DNA of 64,000 nucleotides from an uncultured Holophagales bacterium (GCA_963842525.1 CAWJGT010000011.1:96001-160000), one strand, 5' to 3'. Numbered from the stretch's first letter, positions 47,421-61,261 are shown. Notes: generated by a model from the letters alone, not told the origin. Made by a program: numbers and translations.

Positions 47421-48575
47421 ATGAGGTCCATGATGCTCGAGCCTTTCCGGCGGGAGCGGCGGTCCGAAGAAGAGGAAGAAGGGCAGTTCCCGCGCCCGAA
47501 TATCCGCCGCTTGCGGGACCTCATCCAGGCGCCGTTCGGCATCCGGTCGCTGGCGCTGACCGGCCTCTTCGTCCTCGCCGCCTTCTATACCCTGTTTCTC
47601 GCGCGCTCCTTCATCCTGCCGATCATCCTCGCCCTGCTGCTCAATTTCCTGCTCAGCCCGGTGGTGCGGGGTCTCAAGAACCGGCTCCGTATCCCGGAGG
47701 GGCTGGGAGCGGCGCTGGTCGTCTTCGGTTTTCTCGGCTCCCTGGGCTGGGGCATCTACGAGCTCTCGGGCCCCGCGTACGAGTGGGCCCAGAAAGCGCC
47801 GCAGCAGATCCGGCGCCTGGAGCGCAAGCTGGCCGAGTTCAAGAAGCCCGTCCAGACGATGAGCAAGGCGACCCAGCAGGTGGAGAAGATGACCGAGGTG
47901 GGGGGCGGCCCCGCGACGCGCAAGGTGGAAGTGCAGACCGAGACCTTCGGCGAGCGGATGTTCAGCCAGGCCACCGAGCTGGTCGCCGGAGGTGTGGTGA
48001 TGTTCATCCTCCTCTTCTTCCTGCTCGCCTCGGGGGACCTCTTCCTGCGCAAGCTCATCCGGGTGCTCCCCAGGCTGGCGGACAAGAAGCGGGCGGTGGA
48101 GATCGCCCGCCAGATCGAGAGCGATGTTTCCACGTATCTGGTGACCATCACCATCATCAACGTCGGCCTCGGGCTCGCCACCTGGGGGCTTCTGGCGTTG
48201 CTCGGCGTGCCCAACCCGCTGCTCTGGGGTGTCCTGGCCACGGTGACGAACTACATCCCTTATCTGGGTGCGCTGATCATGTACGCGGTGCTTGCCATGG
48301 TCGGCTTCCTCACCTTCGACACGCTCGGCCAGTCGCTCCTGGTGCCGGGAGTCTTCGCCGGGTTGAACCTCCTGGAGAGCTATCTGGTCACGCCGATGGT
48401 GCTGGGCCGGCGGTTGACGCTCAATCCGGTGGTGATCTTCCTCGGCCTGACGTTCTGGGGATGGCTGTGGGGGATCACGGGCGCGCTGCTCGCCGTGCCC
48501 ATCATGGTGGTGGTCAAGATCATCTGCGACCACAGCGAGCCGCTGGCGCCGATCGGCGAGTTCCTGGGGGATTGA
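47421..48575 (+). CDS. AI-2E family transporter
   Basis: LLSPVV, NYIPYLG, TPMVLGRRLTLNPV and WGITGALLAVP motifs. Confidence 0.92.
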   Translation: MRSMMLEPFRRERRSEEEEEGQFPRPNIRRLRDLIQAPFGIRSLALTGLFVLAAFYTLFLARSFILPIILALLLNFLLSPVVRGLKNRLRIPEGLGAALVVFGFLGSLGWGIYELSGPAYEWAQKAPQQIRRLERKLAEFKKPVQTMSKATQQVEKMTEVGGGPATRKVEVQTETFGERMFSQATELVAGGVVMFILLFFLLASGDLFLRKLIRVLPRLADKKRAVEIARQIESDVSTYLVTITIINVGLGLATWGLLALLGVPNPLLWGVLATVTNYIPYLGALIMYAVLAMVGFLTFDTLGQSLLVPGVFAGLNLLESYLVTPMVLGRRLTLNPVVIFLGLTFWGWLWGITGALLAVPIMVVVKIICDHSEPLAPIGEFLGD

Positions 48576-48737
48576 TGCCCCCGGAGCAAACTGCCTGATC
48601 TACGTCCCCTTCTCCTGAGGCGGTGAGGTTTTGTCCCGTTCTTCCCCGGCTCGTGCGTCCCTTTCTTATGGAAGAATAGACCGTCGCGCGAGAAGCAACC
48701 CGCTCATCCACCCGACCAGTTCGAAAGGAGAGTGCTC

Positions 48738-50537
48738 ATGTCGTCAGCTCGTTCTCCCGAACCTGAAGGAGGCCGGACCGACCGTACCGATGCCGAAGAG
48801 GTGAGCCGCAGGACCTTCCTGCGCCTCGGCGCTCTCGCGGGCGCCGGGGCGTCGCTCGCAGGCCTGGGCACCGCCGCGGCGAGCGCCGCCGGGGTGGGGG
48901 GGCAGAGCGCACCGGCGGAGGCCCTGGAAGAGGCGACCATCGCGCAGATGGTGGCCGACATGGAGGCGGGCCGGCTGACGTCCGCCGAGCTCACCGACTT
49001 CTATCTCGACCGCATCGAGTCGCTCGACCAGCGCGGCCCGACCGTCAACTCGGTCCTGCAGCTCAATCCCCAGGCGCTGCAGCTCGCCCGCAACCGTGAC
49101 AAGGAGCGCCGGGCGGGCAACGTCCGCGGGCCTCTCCACGGCATCCCGATCCTGGTCAAGGACAACATCGACACGGCGGACCAGATGATGACCACGGCCG
49201 GCTCGCTCGCCCTGGTCGGCGCCTCCGCTCCGCAGGACTCCACGGTCGCCCGCCGGCTCAAGCAGGCCGGCGCGATCATCCTCGGCAAGGCCAACCTGAG
49301 CGAGTGGGCCAACTTCCGCGGCTTCAGCTCGTCGAGCGGCTGGAGCGGCGCGGGCGGCCAGACGCGCAACCCGTACGTCCTCGACCGCAACCCCTGCGGC
49401 TCGAGCTCGGGCTCGGCGGCGGCCGCGTCGGCCAACTTCGCGGCGGCCGCCCTGGCCACCGAGACCGACGGCTCCATCGTCTGCCCCGCGCACATCTGCG
49501 GCATCGCCGGCATCAAGCCTACCGTCGGCCTGACCAGCCGGGCCGGCGTCATTCCCATCTCGCACACCCAGGACACCGTCGGAGTGCACGGCCGCACGGT
49601 GGCCGATGCGGCGGCTGTGCTCGGCTCGCTCACCGGGGTCGACCCCCGCGACCCGGCGACGCAGAGGAGCGCCGGGAGGTTCCACACCGACTACACCCCG
49701 TTCGTCGATCCCGACGGCCTGCAGGGGGCGCGCATCGGCGTGGCCCGCGGCGGCGGCTTCACCGGCTACAGCGAGGAGACCGACGCCATCTTCGAGGCGG
49801 CCCTGGAGGCGATGGCCGATGCCGGAGCGATCGTCGTCGATCCGGCCGAGATCCCGACCATCGACGAGCTCAACGCCAGCTCGTTCGAGATCATCGTCCT
49901 GATCTACGAGTTCAAGCGCGACCTGAACGCCTATCTGGCCACCCGCACGGGCGTGCCGGTCCACACCCTGGCCGACGTCATCGAGTTCAACAACGACCAC
50001 GCCGCCCAGGAGCTCAAGTGGTTCGGCCAGGAATTCCTGATCCTCGCCGAGCAGGAGATCTTCACCGAGCAGGAATACCTGGAGGCCCTGGAGGCCGGCC
50101 CGCGGCTCGCCGGTCCCGAGGGGATCGACGCCGTCCTCGCCGAGCACAACCTGGATGCTCTGGTCGCTCCTACCGGCTCGCCGGCCTGGCCGATCGACCT
50201 GGTCAACGGCGACCATTTCCTGGGCGCCAGCTCCGGGCCTGCTGCGGTCGCCGGCTATCCGCTCATCACCGTCAACGCCGGCTTCGCTCACGGCATCCTG
50301 CCCGTGGGCATCAGCTTCATGGGGACGGCCTTCAGCGAGCCGGACCTCATCAAGGTGGCTTCGGGCTTCGAGCACGCCATCGACGCCCGGCGCGCGCCGA
50401 GGTTCCTGAAGACCATGCCGCTCGACGGCCCGAGCGGCGCCCACCGGATCGAGGCGTCCAAGGCGCGGCTGGAGCGCATGATCGACGGGCTGACCAAGGC
50501 CAAGGCCGCTCCGCTGCGGCGGGTCTTCGGACTGTAG
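48738..50537 (+). CDS. Amidase (amidase-signature family), Tat-exported
   Basis: SRRTFL Tat motif; GPLHGIPILVKDNI, GSSSGSAAA, TETDGSIVCP. Confidence 0.93.
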   Translation: MSSARSPEPEGGRTDRTDAEEVSRRTFLRLGALAGAGASLAGLGTAAASAAGVGGQSAPAEALEEATIAQMVADMEAGRLTSAELTDFYLDRIESLDQRGPTVNSVLQLNPQALQLARNRDKERRAGNVRGPLHGIPILVKDNIDTADQMMTTAGSLALVGASAPQDSTVARRLKQAGAIILGKANLSEWANFRGFSSSSGWSGAGGQTRNPYVLDRNPCGSSSGSAAAASANFAAAALATETDGSIVCPAHICGIAGIKPTVGLTSRAGVIPISHTQDTVGVHGRTVADAAAVLGSLTGVDPRDPATQRSAGRFHTDYTPFVDPDGLQGARIGVARGGGFTGYSEETDAIFEAALEAMADAGAIVVDPAEIPTIDELNASSFEIIVLIYEFKRDLNAYLATRTGVPVHTLADVIEFNNDHAAQELKWFGQEFLILAEQEIFTEQEYLEALEAGPRLAGPEGIDAVLAEHNLDALVAPTGSPAWPIDLVNGDHFLGASSGPAAVAGYPLITVNAGFAHGILPVGISFMGTAFSEPDLIKVASGFEHAIDARRAPRFLKTMPLDGPSGAHRIEASKARLERMIDGLTKAKAAPLRRVFGL

Positions 50538-50643
50538 GAATTCCTCGGGGCGCCTCCTCGGGGGCGCCCCTCATCCCCTGCTCATCCTCCCTGTTTTCAG
50601 GCTTTCCCGCCGGGGCCGCTATACTCTGCCTCTGGATTCACTC

Positions 50644-52329
50644 ATGGAAGACGATTTTTGGCTGGCGCTGTCCGACGGGCTGTTCGAGGAACCGGACGAA
50701 GCCGCGCCGGGCACGCCCACCCATGCCGTGCCGGCGAGCCCGGCGGCGATCCTGGCGCGGGTCGGGTCGGTGAAGACGAGCGTCTACCGCCACGTCCGGG
50801 AGTGCCTCGACGAGCTCGAGCGGATCGCTCCCTGGCGGCCGCTCTACTACCCGCCGGAAGACCCGGCGGAGCTGGTCGCCCTGGTCTGCTCCCTGCTCGA
50901 CTTCATCCGCGGCATCCCGAAGCGGGTCGAGGCGCTGCTGCGCACGATCCCGCCGAGCGAGGGCGCCGGCGACGAGCCGGGCCGGGAGGACGTCGGCTTC
51001 CTCTTCCACGGCCTCCACCGCATGGTGGCGCACGAGCTCAAGCGGATCGAGGCCAACGTGGCGCCGTTCCGGAGCGGGCCGGCCGTGCCATCCGCCGTCG
51101 AGGGCCAGCTCCTCTGCGAGCTGTGCGCCGACCTCAAGGGGAAGTACACGAGCGCCCTGATGGGCGCCGCCGCGAGCCTCGTCGGCCAGGGGCTGTGGAA
51201 CGGGGTCGAGCTGGAGCCGGTGCTCTTCCCCGAAAAAGCCGAGGAGTTCCGCTGCACCCGCGAGCTCGTGGACTCGCTCAAGGACGTGCTCGCGGCCATC
51301 CGCCACCTGCCCGAGCAGGTCCCCTTCGCCGAGCTGCGGGAGCGCTGGAGCCAGGGCCAGCGGGTCGACCAGTATGCACTGGCCGACCTTCCGAGCCTGC
51401 GCGGCAAGCTGGGTTGCCTGCTGCGGGAGAGGAGCCGGCGGGCCCTCTACTCGGGCGATTACCACCAGATCAGCCGGCGCGAGGTCCAATTGAGCGGGCG
51501 CGCCAACGAGCTGGAGCGCCTCCACCAGCAGACCTGGGAAGCAACCAGCGCGGGAGTCCCACAGGATCCGGCGCCGGTCTATGCCCGGCTGGCGCAGCTC
51601 ACGTTGGAGATCGCCGCCATCCTGGACGTGACGATCCTCAAGACGATGATCGGGGAGAGGAAGGTCAACGACCTGCGGGCGCGAATCGCCATGATGAAGG
51701 GGCGGCCCGCCGCCGCCGCCGAGGGTCCCGAAGCGCTCCTCCCCCTGCTGGCCGAGGACGACCTGCGGATCTTCTTCGAGCTCCTCCTCGGCAACGTGCT
51801 CCGCCGCGCCTCGCTCAGCGTGTCCACATCGGCGGAGCCCGAGGCGGCTCCGGCTCCAGCACCTGCACCGGTCAAGCCGCCGGCTCCGAAGCCGGCACCG
51901 AAGCCAGCCGCGCCGCCCCTGCCTCCGCCGGCCAGGCCCAAGGCGGCCGACCGGCCGGACCTGGTCCCTGCCTTGCGCCGGTCCCATGAGGTCCTGGCCG
52001 AGCTGCTGGCCGCGACCAATCCGCATCTGAGCGCCTTCCGGCTGACGCAACGTCTGTTGGACAAGCACGCGCGCATCCCGGGCGCCATGTTCGAGTCGAT
52101 CCACCCCTACCTGGAGGAGATCCGCGGCAAGCTCGTGCACGTGCTCCGCCGCATCGCCCCGTACGAGGGCGTCACCGACGAGTCGATCGACCGGCTGGAC
52201 GGCTACTGCTACGACCTCCTCCACGCCGACCCCTCCCTCGCACCTCTGCGAGAGGAGATCGCCAAGAAGATGGAGCGCCTCCTGCGTTTCCTCGAAGCGG
52301 TCCGCGCCGCCCTCCCCAATCCGGGGTGA
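50644..52329 (+). CDS. Hypothetical all-helical protein
   Basis: 561-aa ORF with host-like codon use and a Pro/Ala linker; no recognised motif. Confidence 0.75.
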   Translation: MEDDFWLALSDGLFEEPDEAAPGTPTHAVPASPAAILARVGSVKTSVYRHVRECLDELERIAPWRPLYYPPEDPAELVALVCSLLDFIRGIPKRVEALLRTIPPSEGAGDEPGREDVGFLFHGLHRMVAHELKRIEANVAPFRSGPAVPSAVEGQLLCELCADLKGKYTSALMGAAASLVGQGLWNGVELEPVLFPEKAEEFRCTRELVDSLKDVLAAIRHLPEQVPFAELRERWSQGQRVDQYALADLPSLRGKLGCLLRERSRRALYSGDYHQISRREVQLSGRANELERLHQQTWEATSAGVPQDPAPVYARLAQLTLEIAAILDVTILKTMIGERKVNDLRARIAMMKGRPAAAAEGPEALLPLLAEDDLRIFFELLLGNVLRRASLSVSTSAEPEAAPAPAPAPVKPPAPKPAPKPAAPPLPPPARPKAADRPDLVPALRRSHEVLAELLAATNPHLSAFRLTQRLLDKHARIPGAMFESIHPYLEEIRGKLVHVLRRIAPYEGVTDESIDRLDGYCYDLLHADPSLAPLREEIAKKMERLLRFLEAVRAALPNPG

Positions 52330-52332
52330 GGA

Positions 52333-53559
52333 TCAATCCTCGAACACCCGCCTGGCCCAGTTGAAGATCGGCTTCTCCGCGAAGTCCCGGTGGTGCTTCG
52401 TCATGAAGTGGTCGATGTGGCCGAACTGCGGCTCGATCCGCACGGTCTTGTCCGTGGTGCCGGAGAACTTGGCGACCTGATCTCCGATGAAGCCTCCGAA
52501 CCCGCGCCCGCCGCCGATCACCAGCACCGCCCCCGTGTAGCTCCCGAGGTTCGAGGTGTAGTCGGTCTCGACCCCGGCGAGCGAGCAGGAGATGTCGCGC
52601 ACGAGGGGGATCGGCGAGTAGCTGTTGAACTGGCCGATCACGTTTTCGAAGATCCGCGGCTCGGAGGCGAAGAAGAGGCGGTCCTGGGCCAGGCTGCCGT
52701 TCATCTGGATGTAGTTCGGCACCGGCATGCTGATCGGCCCCGGCGAGGAGGTGCTGAGCAGGAGCACCATGACCTGGTGGCTGGTCAGCGTCGGCGGGAA
52801 CAGGGGGATCGGCGTCAAGCCGGTCGGGGAGAGCCGGGCCTGCTTCGCGACCTCCCGGAAGACGTTGGTCCCGACCCCGTCGTAGACCGCACCCGCGGCG
52901 ATCTGCGCCTCGAGAGCCGCGCAGTAGCCCTGGTTCAAGGCCAGCACCTGCGGGTCCTGGCTGTGGAGCATCCCCTCCCAGACGATGACGCCGTCGTAGT
53001 CGTTGGGATGGGCGTTGGCGGTCGCGACGGCGAGCATGCCGCCCAGCGAGGCGCCGCCGGCCACGATCTTCGTGCCCGGATGGAGCGTTTCGATCTGCGA
53101 GCGGATGAAGTCGATGTCGTCCACCATCGACGCGAGGTTCCAGGTCGCCATGATCGAGCAGTCGAGGAGCCCGGCCTCGCAGGTCCCCGCCGGCAGACCC
53201 TCCATGCGGGGCGCATAGCCGTAGACGTCGAAGCCGCGCTGGGCAAAGTACTCGGTCATCGCGCTGCCCACGCCGCCGTTCTCATCCCGCTGCTCGTAGA
53301 ACGGATAGGTGGGGCCGAGCGGCGGCAGGAGGAGGATCGAGCCGCGCAGCGAGGAGTGGTGGCCGTCCTTGACCAGACGGACCATGCGGAACCGGTCCAG
53401 GGGATGGGGCCCGGCACTGATGTTGTACTCGGTGCGCACCAGATTGCCGATCCGGCTCTCGGTCGTGCCGACGACCTGATAGGGACCGGAAGCGGACGCC
53501 TGCGCGGCAATCATCAGGCCGAGGGCTGCCGCGAGGACGACGTTGAAGCGTTTGTTCAT
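52333..53559 (-). CDS. Secreted alpha/beta hydrolase
   Basis: Signal peptide; GFDVYG, GASLGG nucleophile elbow, FGHID. Confidence 0.85.
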   Translation of the reverse strand: MNKRFNVVLAAALGLMIAAQASASGPYQVVGTTESRIGNLVRTEYNISAGPHPLDRFRMVRLVKDGHHSSLRGSILLLPPLGPTYPFYEQRDENGGVGSAMTEYFAQRGFDVYGYAPRMEGLPAGTCEAGLLDCSIMATWNLASMVDDIDFIRSQIETLHPGTKIVAGGASLGGMLAVATANAHPNDYDGVIVWEGMLHSQDPQVLALNQGYCAALEAQIAAGAVYDGVGTNVFREVAKQARLSPTGLTPIPLFPPTLTSHQVMVLLLSTSSPGPISMPVPNYIQMNGSLAQDRLFFASEPRIFENVIGQFNSYSPIPLVRDISCSLAGVETDYTSNLGSYTGAVLVIGGGRGFGGFIGDQVAKFSGTTDKTVRIEPQFGHIDHFMTKHHRDFAEKPIFNWARRVFED

Positions 53560-53630
53560 GTAAGACCTCCTGAGGGAAGCGGTGGGATGGGACTACATCC
53601 CTACTGAACGAGGTGCCTGCCGGCATCTCC

Positions 53631-54116
53631 TCAGAGCCGCCACCAGTCGAAGCTCTGGCTCTCGGGGTCCCAGTAGATGTGGAAGGAGTCGCAGCGGTCG
53701 TCGTAGAGGGTGACGCCCTTGCCCGCCTTCACCTTGGGGGGGCGGTCCTCTTCGGGGAGATCCTCCAGCCGGATCTTCGCATGGCGCGAGCAGAGGGAGT
53801 CCTGGCTTCCCGGCTTCCAGGGGAACTCCAGGGTCCAGTGACGGCTCCGGGGTCCCACCGGACCCTGGACGAAGCCGACCACGAAGCCCTCCTTGCGGGT
53901 GCCGGCCACGGCGAAGTCGTCGACGCCGTCCTGGTCGAGGTCGGAGCGCAGCGCGCTCTTCGCGTCCCAGGTCGTCCCCGGCTCGCGGACGCGGAGCACG
54001 TCCAGCGCCGTCCGCGGAGACCGCCCCGCGGTGCCGGGTGGAGGGGAGGTGCCGGCGCAGGCGAGGAGGCCCAGCGGCGCGAGCGTCAGGAGGGTGAGCC
54101 GGATGGCGGTCTTCAT
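53631..54116 (-). CDS. Hypothetical lipoprotein
   Basis: LLAC lipobox; DLDQDGVDD Ca-binding-like motif. Confidence 0.7.
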   Translation of the reverse strand: MKTAIRLTLLTLAPLGLLACAGTSPPPGTAGRSPRTALDVLRVREPGTTWDAKSALRSDLDQDGVDDFAVAGTRKEGFVVGFVQGPVGPRSRHWTLEFPWKPGSQDSLCSRHAKIRLEDLPEEDRPPKVKAGKGVTLYDDRCDSFHIYWDPESQSFDWWRL

Positions 54117-54131
54117 AAGGAGGTCGTCGGG

Positions 54132-55317
54132 TCAATACCGCGGCACCGCCGGATCGACGTCCGTGCTCCACGCGTCGATGCCGCCGTGCAGGTTGATGGC
54201 GCGCGAAAAGCCCATCCCGCGCAGGAGCTGGACGGCGCGGGCGGAGCGGGCGCCGTGGTGGCAGTGGGCCACGATCGTCGCCGCCGGGTCGAGCTCGCCG
54301 AGCCGGTCCTGGAGCTCGTGGAGGGGGATCAGGACCGAGCCGGGGAGGCGCGCGATGTCGTACTCCGGCGGATTGCGCACGTCGAGGACCGTGATCTGCT
54401 CGCCCCGGTCCAGCCGGTCCTTGAGCTCGACAGCCGTCATCTCCCAATCCATGTCTTCTCCCGTGGTCGGCGGCCTCCGGGCCGATGCCGCAGAACTGCT
54501 GGTAGTCGATCAGCTCGCGCTGCGTCGGATTCTCCGAGCAGATCGGGCAACGCGGGTCCTTCTTCAGCTTCAGCTCGCGGAACTTCATTTTCAATGCATC
54601 GAAGAGCACCAGCCGGCCGATGAGCGGATCGCCGATGCCGACGATCAGCTTGATCACCTCGTTGGCCTGGAGCGAGCCGATGATGCCGGGCAGCACCCCG
54701 AGCACGCCGCCCTCGGCGCACGAGGGGACCAGCCCCGGCGGCGGCGGCTCCGGGAAGAGGCAGCGGTAGCAGGGTCCCTTGGCGCCCCAGAAGATCGAGG
54801 CCTGACCCTCGAAGCGGAAGATCGAGCCGTAGACGTTCGGCTTGCCGAGGAGCACGCAGGCGTCGTTGACCAGATAGCGCGTCGGGAAGTTGTCCGTGCC
54901 GTCGACGATGACGTCGTAGTCCCGGAAGAGCTCCAGGGCGTTGCTCGAATCGAGGCGCGTTTCGTGCGGCTCGATCCGGATGTGCGGGTTGACGTCGCGC
55001 AGGCGCTCGGTTGCGGCCTGGATCTTGGGCCGGCCGACGCTCGAACGGCCAAAGAGCACCTGCCGGTGGAGGTTGCTCTCGTCCACCACGTCGAAGTCGA
55101 CGAGGCCGAGGGTGCCCACCCCGGCGGCGGCCAGGTAGAGGCCGAGCGGCGAGCCGAGGCCGCCGGCGCCGATGGTCAGCACGCGCGCCGCCTTGAGCTT
55201 GCGCTGGCCGGCCGTCCCCACCTCCGGCATGATCAGGTGGCGGCTGTAGTGGCGGATCTCGGCCGGCGTCAGCTCCGGCAGAGTCGTCGTGGCAGGGCTC
55301 TCGCGCAGCAGGGTCAT
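54132..55317 (-). CDS. moeZ: MoeB/MoeZ adenylyltransferase-rhodanese fusion, frameshift near 54470
   Basis: YSRHLIMPEVG, GAGGLGSP, SNLHRQ, CYRC and CPIC; rhodanese LDVRNPPEY...CHHGARS in ORF 54132..54452. Confidence 0.9.
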
Positions 55318-55595
55318 ACCGCACCTCCGGCGATCGACGGAATGATGAACAGCGCGTCCCCGGATGCGACCGGGGTCGCCTGGCTCTGCAGGTGGCGCAC
55401 GTCTTCCTCGTTGAGGAAGATGTTGACGAAGCTCCGCAGGGCCCCGTCATCCGTGTAGAGGTGGCGCCGCAGCGCGGGATATTTCTGCGTCAGGTTGGCC
55501 AGGGCCTCTCCCACGGTCCCGCCGTCCACCTCGACTTCGCCCTGCTCGTCGGTGAAACGGCGCAGCGGCGTCGGGATCTGGATCGTCACACCCAT
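55314..55595 (-). CDS. MoaD/ThiS/CysO-like sulfur carrier ending GG-AV
   Basis: IPTPLRRFT...FVNIFLNEED...IIPSIAGGAV. Confidence 0.88.
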   Translation of the reverse strand: MGVTIQIPTPLRRFTDEQGEVEVDGGTVGEALANLTQKYPALRRHLYTDDGALRSFVNIFLNEEDVRHLQSQATPVASGDALFIIPSIAGGAV

Positions 55596-56077
55596 CAGAC
55601 AGCCTCCTTCTTCTGCACCCCTGGGCTCCCGGCCGGCGGCGACGCACCGATCGCGGCCTGGTCGATGGCCTCCTCCTCGAACGCGGCGCGGTCGTCGCCA
55701 AGGCGCCAGCTCCGGGCGTCGACGACCTTGCCCTTCTCGACCGAGACGATCAGGTAGGAGAGGCCTGGCCAGGCGTGCTCGCGGTCGAAATCGCTCGGGC
55801 GCGCCGGGTGGTCCGGGTGGGAGTGATAGTAGCCCAGGACGTCCAGGCCGAGCGCGCTCGCCTCCTTGTGCGCCGCCAGGATCGTCTCCGGGCTGATCAG
55901 ATAGCGGTTGTGCCTGCTGTCCTGCCGTTCGTTGCCCACCGAGAGGACCCGCTCGACGAAGATGGACCCGCCATTGGGCCTGCCGATCAGAACGCCGCAA
56001 CACTCGTCCGGATAGCTCATGGCAGCATGGCGTTCGATGGTGTGCAGGTGACGGGGCGAGATGAAAAGACGGCTCAT
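55595..56077 (-). CDS. M67 JAMM/MPN+ (Mec-like) metallopeptidase
   Basis: YPDECCG and YHSHPDHPARPSDFD motifs. Confidence 0.92.
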   Translation of the reverse strand: MSRLFISPRHLHTIERHAAMSYPDECCGVLIGRPNGGSIFVERVLSVGNERQDSRHNRYLISPETILAAHKEASALGLDVLGYYHSHPDHPARPSDFDREHAWPGLSYLIVSVEKGKVVDARSWRLGDDRAAFEEEAIDQAAIGASPPAGSPGVQKKEAV

Positions 56078-57033
56078 GCGTTCCCTTCTTCCCAGAAACG
56101 TTCGGACAGGTACTTGTCCGCGTTGTCACAGAGGACCGTGACGACCGCGCCGGACTGCAATTCCGAGGCCACTTGGAGGGCTGCGACGACGTTGGCCCCG
56201 GACGAGACACCCACCAGCAGGCCGGCCTCGCGGGCCAGCCTCTTGACCATAACGTAGGCGCTCTCGGTCGAGATTTCCCGCGCCTCGTCCGCCAGGCCCG
56301 GATCGTAGATCGGCGGCACGATCGCGGAGGCCATGTGCTTCATCCCCTCCAGGCCGTGGAAGGGCGAGTCGGGCTCGAACGAGACCAGCCGCACCCCTGG
56401 ATGGCGTTCGCGCAAAAAGCGTCCCACGCCCATGAAAGTGCCGCTGGTGCCGAGCCCCGTGACGAAATGGGTGACGGCGCCGCCGGTCTGCGCCCAGATC
56501 TCCGGCCCGGTCGTGCGGTAGTGCGCCCGCCAGTTCTCCGGATTGCTGTACTGGTCGAGATAGGCCCAGCGGTCCGGCTCCTCGGCCACCAGCCGGCGGG
56601 CTTCGAGGATCGCGCCGTCGCTCCCCGCCAGCGGATCGGTCAGCCGCAGCTCGGCGCCATAAGCGTGGAGGATCCGCTTGCGCTCGACGCTCGCGCTGTC
56701 CGGCAGGCAGAGGGTCACCGGGATGCCGCGCGCTGCCCCGATCATGGCGTAGGCGATGCCGGTGTTGCCCGAGGTCGCATCCAGCAGCCGCCGGCCCTGG
56801 CGGAAGAACCCGCGCCGTTCGGCCTCCTCGATCATGGCCAGCGCCGGCCGGTCCTTGACCGATCCCCCGGGGTTGGCGTACTCCGCCTTGGCATAGAGCC
56901 GCACCCCGGCCCGCCCCGTCAGCTCCGACAGGTCGATCATCGGCGTGTTGCCGATCAGCTCCAGCAGCCGGACCGGCCGGGCCTCCAGGGGCTGCGGAGC
57001 GGCGAAGGTGAGCGCTTCCCTCATCGTCGACAC
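56074..57033 (-). CDS. cysM: PLP-dependent cysteine synthase (CysM-like)
   Basis: IGNTP, NPGGSVKDR, TSGNTG, GLGTSGT and KYLS motifs. Confidence 0.88.
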   Translation of the reverse strand: MSTMREALTFAAPQPLEARPVRLLELIGNTPMIDLSELTGRAGVRLYAKAEYANPGGSVKDRPALAMIEEAERRGFFRQGRRLLDATSGNTGIAYAMIGAARGIPVTLCLPDSASVERKRILHAYGAELRLTDPLAGSDGAILEARRLVAEEPDRWAYLDQYSNPENWRAHYRTTGPEIWAQTGGAVTHFVTGLGTSGTFMGVGRFLRERHPGVRLVSFEPDSPFHGLEGMKHMASAIVPPIYDPGLADEAREISTESAYVMVKRLAREAGLLVGVSSGANVVAALQVASELQSGAVVTVLCDNADKYLSERFWEEGNA

Positions 57034-57164
57034 CCGTCGGGGACGCTAGCAGAGCCCCCTCACCGTGTAAAGGTGACCAATGTCCTTACTTTGGACCTCT
57101 GTGGCCCCGCGTCATCCCGCACCGGCTTGGCAGGCAGATGGCACATCCTCCTCCGTGATACGGC

Positions 57165-57435
57165 GGACCTGTGGCGTTTGGCGGTCGACCTGCGGGTTGT
57201 CCAGGTGGACCCGCGGGTCCACCCGCGTGCCCCGCAGGTTGACCACCATGACCTGCGGGTCAAGCCGTGCGCCCCGCAGGTCGACCACCCTGACCCGCAG
57301 GTCAACCCGCGTACTCCACAGGTCAACTGCCCTGACCCGCAGGTCCACCCATGCACGCGGCAGGTCGAGTGCCCTGACCCGCGGGTCGACTTGCGTGCTT
57401 CGCAGGTCGACCGCCATACCTCGCAGGTCAGTCAG
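57165..57435. repeat. Degenerate tandem array, strict 21-bp period
   Basis: GGT core (consensus cgcaggtc) every 21 bp from 57195 to 57426, 12 units. Confidence 0.8.
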
Positions 57436-57436
57436 C

Positions 57437-60611
<3,175 letters not shown>

Positions 60612-60809
60612 GGAATAAGCCGGAATTGGAGTCGGAATTGGAGTTCAATTGGAGTCGAATTGGAGTTGGCCATGGGCTCGTCGTAACTCATTGACCTGTA
60701 AGGATTCAGTCTCGATCGACCTTGGCGCGGGCATGGAATGAGCCGGAATAAGCCGGGAATTGGAGTCTAATTGGAGGTCCAATTGGAGCCCAGTCCGTCC
60801 CACAGTAAC

Positions 60810-61257
60810 TCATTGACGCTTAAGCATCCAGTACGAACCGCGGCCATGCCCCTGCGACCGAATCAACTCCAATTGCTTGAGCAGGTTCAGGTCTTCCTTG
60901 ACCTCCCACTCTGCGGGCGATACGCCTGCCCTCGATAGCTGTACGGGCCGTTCTGCCCGGTGGCCACGCTGACAACTAGCACCTCCCGCCCGTTGCCAAG
61001 GTCCACCCGATCGATGGTTGGAAACACGGGCGGGTCAATGGCGTACAGTTCCTGCGCCACCTCCTCGATCGTGTGGTCGCTGACCTGCTGGCCGAGAGCC
61101 CGGCCACTGGGCTCGACACCAAAAAGCACCCGCCCACCCCGGTGGTTGAGCATCGCACACAGCGTGCGCGCGGCTTCCCGGCGTTCTCCGGTCGTGCGCT
61201 TGAGCTCGAGCGTCTCGGACTCACCGGCAGCCGCCCACGTGGTGATCTGCTCGCAGG

Positions 61258-61261
<4 letters not shown>
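60810..61261 (-). pseudogene. AlbA_2/Schlafen-domain regulator with internal deletion
   Basis: GESETLELK...CAMLNHRGG...GV domain, joined out of frame to a wHTH tail EVKEDLNLLKQLELIRSQGHGRGSYW ending at 60810. Confidence 0.65.
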
